Positions 8,955 to 17,300 of a stretch of 53,995 bases of DNA are shown here, one piece after another. Source of the DNA: a virus. Taxonomy: Duplodnaviria > Caudoviricetes. The position numbers and the translations under genes were made by a program. Within the stretch, counting starts at the first letter, position 1. Every line of letters starts with the position of its first letter. The stretch spans positions 1-53,995 of the IMG/VR virus record IMGVR_UViG_3300013101_000012; one strand, written 5' to 3'. The notes below the pieces were generated by a model. The model saw only the letters and a list, made by a program, of their open reading frames with translations. It made no database searches and was not told where the DNA came from.

Positions 8955-9167
8955 ATGAGCCGAGCACAAGAAATTTTGAATTTTGAAGAGGGGAAAGAAC
9001 ATGGTGGCAAGTTCCGCAGAGATCAGGCCAATAAACATCACGATGATGACCACCCACCAGTTTCAGGAAAAAAGAAAAGTAAAAAAGATGACCAAAAAGA
9101 TAAAAAAGCAAAAGAACTCCTAAAGAAATTCAAATATAAGCACCAAGAAGAGGAAGAGACAGTATGA
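8955..9167 (+). CDS. highly charged protein with leader MSRAQEILNFEE
   Basis: AAGGA RBS; leader motif. Confidence 0.7.
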   Translation: MSRAQEILNFEEGKEHGGKFRRDQANKHHDDDHPPVSGKKKSKKDDQKDKKAKELLKKFKYKHQEEEETV

Positions 9168-9364
9168 GTTGGGCCCAAGATATTCTTGAGAAGATGATGG
9201 GCAGAAAGATGCCTCTCAGGAAAAAAGGTATCAAATTAAGTCCTGCTCAAGTTAATCAGATTAAAAAGCTGCATAAAAGTGGTAGTGGTGTAACTGATTT
9301 GGCCAAAAAATTTAAAGTAAACAAAAGTACCGTGAGTCGTATCCTAGATAACAAGTTATGGTGA
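9164..9364 (+). CDS. small HTH DNA-binding protein with leader MSWAQDILE
   Basis: KLSPAQVNQIK..GVTDLAKKFKVNKSTVSRIL. Confidence 0.75.
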   Translation: MSWAQDILEKMMGRKMPLRKKGIKLSPAQVNQIKKLHKSGSGVTDLAKKFKVNKSTVSRILDNKLW

Positions 9365-9933
9365 GAGCTTTAAAAATTCTTGAAGATGCACAGGTTTTTG
9401 ATCTCCGTTCAGGGGAAGACATTACAGGCATTGAAACGCCTGAGAATAGACTTGGCCGCATTTATAAGGAATTTGAGAGTTTTACGGGGCAATCAATAGG
9501 TCAGATACCTCCAAATAATGCAAAGGCATTTGATGGTTATTTGTTAAGGATGTGGGATGACCCCGAAGTAAAAAGTGCTTTAAAATGGTTGATTGATGAA
9601 GAAGAACCTTATGCTTTTACTCGGACATTTCCTATAGTTAATCCTTATTACTATGTTCAAAATGCTGTTATAGGGTCAAGAGGCGAACTCGAACCCCTAC
9701 CAGCGATGGACAATAAATATCGTTTTACTTATAATGCTATTTTGGAAACTGGTTATAACGAGTTAGTAATTTATACAGGATACGATTTAGTCGCACATGA
9801 AGACTATATGGAGATTATACCAGAAGGTAGTACTGTTTATTTTGAAGATCTTGGTCAGTGTAGTTTCTTGAGACTACAAAGAGCAGCGGCCAAGTTAGAA
9901 CAAAACTCAATCCAAGCAAAAATAATAAAATGA
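9358..9933 (+). CDS. hypothetical protein with leader MVRALKILED
   Basis: Overlapping operon gene; leader motif. Confidence 0.7.
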   Translation: MVRALKILEDAQVFDLRSGEDITGIETPENRLGRIYKEFESFTGQSIGQIPPNNAKAFDGYLLRMWDDPEVKSALKWLIDEEEPYAFTRTFPIVNPYYYVQNAVIGSRGELEPLPAMDNKYRFTYNAILETGYNELVIYTGYDLVAHEDYMEIIPEGSTVYFEDLGQCSFLRLQRAAAKLEQNSIQAKIIK

Positions 9934-10172
9934 TTAGATTACTTGAGGCCATTACTCTTACTGATTTCCGAAATGAGCGAGAAACAGGTAATGTATCTCT
10001 TGAGGGATTGTTTAATCTATTGGATTTTTATTTTACTAACGGAGATCAAATGGTTAACTGGGTTGAGGCTGCAACTAAGAGCGAAGTTTTTAAATGGGCC
10101 AAACTACTAGGCGTAGAAAACAAAGACCTATATAATTTCTATAACGATAGGATAAAACATGAACAGGTCTAA
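9930..10172 (+). CDS. hypothetical protein with short leader MIRLLE
   Basis: ATGA overlap. Confidence 0.65.
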   Translation: MIRLLEAITLTDFRNERETGNVSLEGLFNLLDFYFTNGDQMVNWVEAATKSEVFKWAKLLGVENKDLYNFYNDRIKHEQV

Positions 10173-10707
10173 ACAGCTATTAGAAGGTGAAGAAGATATA
10201 TATAGATATGGTGTTCAAGATAATCTTATGGGCGATCTGGAGAGAGAATTAGATTCCCCAGAAGACCGTTGGGTTAAAGGTGCTGTCTCTGTAGGCCCTG
10301 AAGTATTTTGGAAAGTTATTTTTTCTGTTTTCAGTGACGAAGAAATAGATTCTCTTCTTAATATGAGAGAGAGTTTTCGGGCCACCAGTATCTTAGAAGA
10401 TGATGATGGCGATATTTTATGGAGGGATCGGGAACAGGTTCCTAGGAGAAGAACAAATCCTAAGGCAGGTAGGCACACCGGGACACCCTCAAGCAGTTCT
10501 CATCAAAAAAGACATTCTGCTAGAAGGCATATCAAAAAAGCAATGGACCATGGCCGTAAGTACGCCGATCCTAACGATTTTAAAGGTGTCATGGAAGAAG
10601 GCATGAAATATCTGGCAAAACAGATTGTCCAGGTTTCTGAATACAGGGATAAATTTACTAAAGGTCTTCAGGGAGAAGAGGATAGAGGGTTGGAAGATGA
10701 CAACTAA
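10159..10707 (+). CDS. hypothetical protein with two leader motifs (MNRSKQLLE; internal ESFRATSILE)
   Basis: AGGA RBS; repeated motif. Confidence 0.7.
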   Translation: MNRSKQLLEGEEDIYRYGVQDNLMGDLERELDSPEDRWVKGAVSVGPEVFWKVIFSVFSDEEIDSLLNMRESFRATSILEDDDGDILWRDREQVPRRRTNPKAGRHTGTPSSSSHQKRHSARRHIKKAMDHGRKYADPNDFKGVMEEGMKYLAKQIVQVSEYRDKFTKGLQGEEDRGLEDDN

Positions 10708-11152
10708 CTACTGGCTTCGAGTTGGAATACAAATAGAAAAAGAAAATGGTAATATAAATAATGCTTACGAAATTGCTCTTGATAATTTACGGCAAGACCC
10801 TGATTATTATAAAGGACAAGAAAAACAAGCACCTAATGTAATATTTCAAGGAACGGCTAAGGCCGAGGGAGTAACGATGAAGAAGAAAAATAGTTTGGCC
10901 AGAGATTTATTAGCGGATTCTGTAGAGGTTTTATTCGAAGGGGTTGGTGAAATGGGTCTTGGGAGTATGACACAAGGACAAACCATTATTCTTGGTAAAG
11001 GTGCTTCCAGTACTGCGATGGGTTCTCTTGAAGGAAATCCTGCAAAATGGATTGGGGTAAATTCTGACGGCACTAATAAAGTTAAAATGGGATCAGTTTA
11101 TATGGATCTTCCAGCTTCTGTAAGTTTAGCTAAAGCTTCTGGGCAAAACTAA
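10697..11152 (+). CDS. fusion of a degenerate DUF5661-like module and a second unit (internal RBS plus ATG 10877)
   Basis: GIQIEKEN..AYEIALDNLRQDPDYY; GAGGGAG before in-frame ATG 10877. Confidence 0.55.
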   Translation: MTTNYWLRVGIQIEKENGNINNAYEIALDNLRQDPDYYKGQEKQAPNVIFQGTAKAEGVTMKKKNSLARDLLADSVEVLFEGVGEMGLGSMTQGQTIILGKGASSTAMGSLEGNPAKWIGVNSDGTNKVKMGSVYMDLPASVSLAKASGQN

Positions 11153-11154
11153 AA

Positions 11155-11685
11155 ATGAAGACAGCAAAAGAGTTGCTGGCAAAATATAGTGTTGAAGAAG
11201 ATATAGACTATAACCAGCCTAATATGACACCGAATCCTATGCATAAAGAACAGCCAGCAGGGAGAAACCCCGCTAGTCAGATTGGGGCCATACAAAAATG
11301 GCAGAGATATAAACTGAATCGAGATGACTTAGAACAAATCATTGCCCATTATGGTGATGAGCAAGCTATTTATGATGAAGAAATTATAGATGGTTACGCC
11401 CAAGATATCGCAGCAGGTACTCCAGGCCAGGGCACTCCTAATTATTCGGGTCACTTTGCTGATAACTCTTCTGAGGTAACAGGACACTCAACGGATAATT
11501 ATGGGCCCATTAACTCCCCAACTAACACTTATGGGAATTATCCGCCGGAAAATGAAGAAGAGTCAGAAGAGGGTGATATAGACAGAGACAGAGATAGAGA
11601 TAGAGATAGAGATAGAGCCCACAACGACCCAAGACGGGCAGATAGTTATTATGAAGACCCTAACCGAAGACGGAGAAGAAGATAA
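11155..11685 (+). CDS. low-complexity protein with leader MKTAKELL..EE and a DR repeat
   Basis: GA(T/C)AGA hexamer x6 at 11581-11616; poly-R C-terminus. Confidence 0.7.
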   Translation: MKTAKELLAKYSVEEDIDYNQPNMTPNPMHKEQPAGRNPASQIGAIQKWQRYKLNRDDLEQIIAHYGDEQAIYDEEIIDGYAQDIAAGTPGQGTPNYSGHFADNSSEVTGHSTDNYGPINSPTNTYGNYPPENEEESEEGDIDRDRDRDRDRDRAHNDPRRADSYYEDPNRRRRRR

Positions 11686-11891
11686 TGGACAAAAAAGTGA
11701 AAGAAACCCATGTTAATGAGGCCCAAAGGCTATTACACCTAATTGAAGATGATTACGCTTTTCATTTTAACACGGGCGGCGACTCAGTAGCAGAAACTCC
11801 TACTAGTACAACAGATACCACGGATACTGATATTACAGCAGATGCTGTAGAAACGGATTCGGAAGATACTTCTACTACTGATAGTGAGTAG
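11685..11891 (+). CDS. acidic Thr/Asp-rich protein with motif NEAQRLLHLIE
   Basis: TAATG coupling. Confidence 0.65.
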   Translation: MDKKVKETHVNEAQRLLHLIEDDYAFHFNTGGDSVAETPTSTTDTTDTDITADAVETDSEDTSTTDSE

Positions 11892-12171
11892 ATCGGATAA
11901 AATTTTAGAGGGGATGCCACAAAGACGGATGAGTTTAATGCAGCCGCAAGAGAAGAAGATCCTTTTAAGGATAGTAGACGACTTGATGAAGCTTAAGGCC
12001 AGAGGAGTCGTCTACCCTGAAAATGAACAACAGTATGGGAGTCTTATTCGAGCGTTTATGGAATTTGCTGATACCCTAATGGAAACTGGTGAAGGTAACC
12101 CTGCTGATAATTACCCTGTAGATCCACCCAAACCCCCACCAATGGCGGGTCCAGATGATGGAATGTACTAG
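11884..12171 (+). CDS. hypothetical protein with leader MSRSDKILE
   Basis: GTG start overlapping upstream gene; leader motif. Confidence 0.7.
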   Translation: MSRSDKILEGMPQRRMSLMQPQEKKILLRIVDDLMKLKARGVVYPENEQQYGSLIRAFMEFADTLMETGEGNPADNYPVDPPKPPPMAGPDDGMY

Positions 12172-12326
12172 CTGAACCATGGTTTTTGTTATGCGTTTAA
12201 GAGGGATTCAAATTAAATCTTGGATAAGGTGTACTGATAAAGATTACACATGTTTATTTCCTTATATAGAGAATGATAAAATTTATAACTTTAAAGACCT
12301 AGAAGATCTTAAACAGCAGGTGAGAA

Positions 12327-12908
12327 ATGAAGAGTCTAATAAATAAGTTTTTATATAGCAGGTTTTACCAAAGATATATTTTTCCTTTTATATTATGGAT
12401 GGAAAATCCTTTTGTTGAAACATTTAATGCTAAAGATGTGTTACAGGTAAGAAGTGCTTTAACCCAAGATGGGATGTTAATTTTTGGTAATAAGAAAGGA
12501 ACTTTAATGGGCCTTTGTGTACCTGGTGAATATTCGCACGTTGGAGTATATGACAGGAGACTTGGTCTTATTTACGAAATGGTTTCCTCTGGGTTCCAGA
12601 CCACGACAGTTGCTTCTTTTGTAACTAGATATTCCAGTGTGGCGGTAACTCGATGTTCTGGGTTTACTAGTGCTTATGCCTTTAAGTTCATCAGAAACAT
12701 TATGGTATATAAAGGCGTACCTTATGATAGTGCCTTTAACTTCTCTGTTGAGAGCTTATACTGTAGTGAATTGGTGTACCGAGCAGATGTTAACCATGTT
12801 ATTAAATGTTCAACTGAGGATTTATTAGGGCTAGGGAAAAAGTACATTAGTCCTATGGGCATTTTTAATGCTGCAAATATGTTATTGGTATTGAAGGTAG
12901 ATAAATAA
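12327..12908 (+). CDS. permuted papain-like amidase (YiiX/YaeF, NlpC/P60 superfamily)
   Basis: YSHVGVY precedes GVPYD..LYCSELVY (His-before-Cys permuted order). Confidence 0.85.
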   Translation: MKSLINKFLYSRFYQRYIFPFILWMENPFVETFNAKDVLQVRSALTQDGMLIFGNKKGTLMGLCVPGEYSHVGVYDRRLGLIYEMVSSGFQTTTVASFVTRYSSVAVTRCSGFTSAYAFKFIRNIMVYKGVPYDSAFNFSVESLYCSELVYRADVNHVIKCSTEDLLGLGKKYISPMGIFNAANMLLVLKVDK

Positions 12909-13186
12909 TGAGTGAGAGCAGATCAAAAGATATACTGGAATTTGCACCGCCATTGGCGGTGCCTCAGGGACAGCCTCAGGGACAGCCTCAAGAACTAGAT
13001 TTAAACCAAATAGAAGCAGATATGATTGGGCCCAAACCATTAGATATAATGATGATTTTGGATCATGTCCGTTATTTACGAGAACTCATTAGATATGGGC
13101 AGGTAATTAATGATTTAGAAAGCCAAACAATGAACATGGTGCAATCATTAAACACAATAGAAGATACTTTAAATAGGCGAGGGTAA
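12908..13186 (+). CDS. hypothetical protein with leader MSESRSKDILE and a PQGQ repeat
   Basis: TAATG coupling; 12-nt repeat at 12961-12990. Confidence 0.7.
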   Translation: MSESRSKDILEFAPPLAVPQGQPQGQPQELDLNQIEADMIGPKPLDIMMILDHVRYLRELIRYGQVINDLESQTMNMVQSLNTIEDTLNRRG

Positions 13187-13188
13187 TT

Positions 13189-13710
13189 ATGCCACAAGGA
13201 TATAATTCTACAGTACTAAAAGGCAGAGAAGGCGAGTTAGATACTGATAATACCTGGCGGGACGCTGATTCCAAACGGCACGGTGTTTTAGTAAACCCTA
13301 AAAAGAAAGTAAAAAAGTCCCGAAAGAGGAGATTAAAGTCTCCTGTTAGCCCAGATATTAATTATAAAATGAATAAAGGTGGGTTGACTCCTGGGGATAA
13401 TGAATATTCTACCCATACAGGTAAGCCAACAGCACCATTTAACGCGAGTAAGGAATTTTATATGCCAGCAAAACATTTACTTAATTTACTAGAAATGACT
13501 GATCCACCAAAGCTTCCGGCAGGTAGGAAGGTGACACCTGAGGAACAGGCCAAGATAGATAAGATGAAAGCACGGAAAAGACCACCTCCAGTTATTAAAG
13601 ATAAAAGAAAAGACTCTAGAAGGGCCGAAAAAGTAGAAAATGAACACCCTATCGACACTATGGATAGAGGTGTTGGTATCAGTAAGCGAAAGGGCGACAG
13701 ACGCAAGTAG
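13189..13710 (+). CDS. basic protein with internal RBS plus ATG (13462, MPAKHLLNLLE)
   Basis: GAGG RBS; AAGGA before the in-frame ATG. Confidence 0.65.
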   Translation: MPQGYNSTVLKGREGELDTDNTWRDADSKRHGVLVNPKKKVKKSRKRRLKSPVSPDINYKMNKGGLTPGDNEYSTHTGKPTAPFNASKEFYMPAKHLLNLLEMTDPPKLPAGRKVTPEEQAKIDKMKARKRPPPVIKDKRKDSRRAEKVENEHPIDTMDRGVGISKRKGDRRK

Positions 13711-13776
13711 CCCCAAACTTCGATTATCAAAACAGCAGGACTTTACTTCAGGCCTCCAAAGATACATCTTTTAGAG

Positions 13777-13971
13777 ATGAAACCAGAAACTAAACAACAG
13801 TTAGCGGCAATGAGATATTTGGCCGATAAAAAACCTAAACAATATAAACTTGAACATGGAACTCTTTGTATCGTCTTGTACGAGTTGTACGAGTTATACG
13901 AGGCCGGGGACTATTTCGAATTTCACAGGGTAGACTGGGAGAACGATGAATTACAAAGAGTATGTCACTAA
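13777..13971 (+). CDS. hypothetical protein
   Basis: ORF track; LYE x3 repeat. Confidence 0.55.
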   Translation: MKPETKQQLAAMRYLADKKPKQYKLEHGTLCIVLYELYELYEAGDYFEFHRVDWENDELQRVCH

Positions 13972-14227
13972 ATGCCACGAGTTATTTGATGAGGTAGAGG
14001 GAGCTTCCCCTGACCTATTTATTGAGCTTCACACCAAGATGCTCCTTAATGCTGTTGATGTTGTGTCCAGAGAAGGTAAAGATAATGATTTTGTTAGCTG
14101 GTTTGTTACGAAACTCATGCGTGAACTTTCCGAGATTACTCCTAATGTAATTTTCAGGGAAGGTGAGACTGCTATAAATTCTGCTACTTTTGATAAAATT
14201 AACGCAATTATAGAGGGAAAAGTTTAG
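13946..14227 (+). CDS. hypothetical protein; may extend to 14349 by a -1 shift
   Basis: GGGAG RBS; G GGA AAA just before the stop. Confidence 0.65.
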   Translation: MNYKEYVTKCHELFDEVEGASPDLFIELHTKMLLNAVDVVSREGKDNDFVSWFVTKLMRELSEITPNVIFREGETAINSATFDKINAIIEGKV

Positions 14228-14368
14228 GCAAGATAGAACAATATGCTGTGACCCTTGAATTGCTACTAGATGAAACCTATTCTCTTTATGTACTTAGATA
14301 TTTAAGGAGACAACATGAAACTAAAAGAAGAGTCGGAAGAGTCAACTAATGCTCTCTTGGCATAGCTC

Positions 14369-17300
14369 ATGGATTTAGATGAGCTATCAGAAGATCAACT
14401 AAAAGGACTTTTAAGCTCTCTTGAGCATTATCAAAGTATTCCTGTTGATATGGATACTTTTCTTGATGACAAGTACTACTTAGGTGCATATTTTGGTGAA
14501 AAAGGAATTCAACCTTATTGGCGAGAATTTCTTAAAAAAGTTTTTGACTCTCCATTTAATTCAGAACAATGGTTAATTTGTTTGCGTGGTGCGATAGGCC
14601 AGGGAAAATGCTTACAAAAAGACTCAACTATTATTAAGTATGATGGGACTGTTGTAAAAGTTCAAGATTTAGTTCCTGGTGATCTTATAATGGGGCCAGA
14701 TTCTAAATCTAGAACTATTTTATCTACCCATGCTGATACAGGCCCTATGTTTGAAATAAACCCTATTAAGGGTGATCCATGGGTTTGTAATGATGTCCAT
14801 GTATTAACACTTAAAAAAACTCCACAAGGCTTAAATAGGTATGGAAATACTAGGGGGTCAACTAAACCAGAGATTATAGATGTTGCTCTTGATGAGTACC
14901 TTAATTGGTCTAAAAGTCAAAAGAACTTATATAAGTTATTTAGAGTCCCTGTTGATTTTCCTGAGCAACATCCAAGAGAGCTAGACCCTTACTTTCTAGG
15001 TGTTTGGTTAGGTGATGGTACTTTAGGGGAAGCCCAAATTACTAACTCAGATCAGGAGATATTATCTTTCTTATCTGATTTTACTCTTAAAGAAAATTTT
15101 AGTTCACACACTCTTTTAGACAAACGTACGGAGTGTCCAAGAGTAAACATCACTACAGAAAAAGGACAACCAAACCACCTTAGACGATATTTAAGAGACA
15201 CCTTTTCAGTGGGCAAACATATCCCACAACTTAATAAAACGGGTAGTAGGGAAGAAAGACTCCAGCTTCTTGCGGGATTACTTGATACTGATGGCCACCT
15301 TGTAGATAATGTTTTTGAACTTACCCTTAAAGAAGAAGATTTTATTGATGATGTTCTTTTTGTTGCTAGAAGTCTTGGTTTTGGTACCTCAAAAAAATTA
15401 AAACAAGTTAAATTAAAAACATGGGATAAACCTAGAGATTATTTTAGGATAAAGATATTTGGGGATTTAGATAAAATCCCTACGAAAGTAAAAAGAAAAC
15501 AAGCAAGTCCAAGAAGGCAGAAAAAAGACCCTTTAAAAACAGGGTTTTCTGTTATTCCTAAAGGCCCAGGGGAATATTTTGGTTTTGAGCTTGACGGAGA
15601 TGGGAGGTTTTTACTTGAAGATTTCACAGTCACACATAATACTACAATTGCCTGTGTTGGAATTTCTTACGATATACACAGATTACTATGCTTATATAAT
15701 CCTCAGGGTGCTTTCGGTCTGCTTCCAGACACAATAATTCTTTTTGCTATCTTCAATGTAACGATGGCACTAGCACAGGATGTTGTTTGGCAGACTCTTT
15801 CAGGAATGTTTGCTAGAAGTCCTTATTTCACTGAAATAATAAAAAAGTTACCTAAACAAAAACCAGAATCTAATCCTATGTTTCCTAAAAATATCGGTTT
15901 ATTTATTGGTTCACGGCTAGGCCACACACTAGGAAAAGCTGTTTTCTCTTGTCTTCCTGGTAGTGTTCCAATTCCTACGATACACGGAGAAGTGCCTCTA
16001 ATAGAGATTGTTCGGAATCCAGGGGATCATAAGGTTTTTTCTTATGATACGGCTCTTGAAAAAGCTGTGCTAGGTGAAGTTACTCATGGCCAGAGTATGG
16101 GAACAAAAGAAGTCTGGAAAATATTTTTGTCCAACGGCCATTTTATAGAAGCCACTCAAGATCATAAGTTCTTATTGAGTAATAATTCATATAAAACACT
16201 AGCAGAATTAGATTATTTAGATGCTTTGACTTTTTTCGTACCCCCCACTGCTCTACAAGTATCTAGCTCTCCCGTTTTAGTTGTTTCTAAAGAGATTGTT
16301 GGAATGAGACAGGTGTACGATATTTCAGTAGAACCACATCATAACTTTGCTACTAGTGCTGGTATCTTTGCTCACAACTGCTTTGCTGGTGATACTGAGA
16401 TTCCCTTATTAGATGGGTCTGTTGTTAAAATAAAAGACTTAGTAGGTAACTATAAAGACAAATATACAATATCAGTTGATCTCACAAGAAAAAGTGTAGT
16501 CCCAGGTAAAATTATAGCCGCAGCCAAAACAGGAACTAGAAAAGTTTATAAAGTTACTTTTGATAATGGTAAATCTTTTAAATGTACTGCTGATCATAAA
16601 ATATTACATAGAAGTGGTAAATATAAAGAACTCAGATATTTTGAAGTAGGTGACGCAGTATTTTCAATTAATAGTCACACAGGGAAATCGGGACACACTA
16701 AAATAAGGAACCCTTACACAGGAGAGTATGAGGCCTTACACCATCATATTATGGCCTGGAAGTTAGGTAATAAACTAGGTTACAATATTCACCATAAAGA
16801 TTTAGATAAATTAAACAACAACCCTGAAAACTTGTGCCTGTTATCAAAGTCTAAGGCCATGTCTAAATTTTATTCTGAGGATAATAGAGAAGAGGTTTTA
16901 AGAGTTAGGAAAGCTGGTTGGAGAACTAGAATACTTAAGAAGTCCTATAGAGAGTACTCAGATACTGGCTTCATCCCTGATATAAATGTTAATGTATTAA
17001 GAAAATATTTTAATGATGATATTACTGAGTATCTTGAGTGTGTTAAAGAATACAATCATAAAATTGTTAGTATTGAATATGTGGGTGTTGAAGATGTCTA
17101 TGATATTACTGTGGATAAATACCATAACTTCACTACTCAAACAAATGTCGTAGTTTCAAATTGTTTAATTGATGAAGCAAACTTTGAAATTGTCCATGGC
17201 CAGGTGTACGAGTCTTTTCTATCTATCTTAAGAAGGATGGAATCACGATTTTCTTCTAATGCTCCTGTAGGAACTGGTAGGGTCTGGTTGGTTTCCTCAG

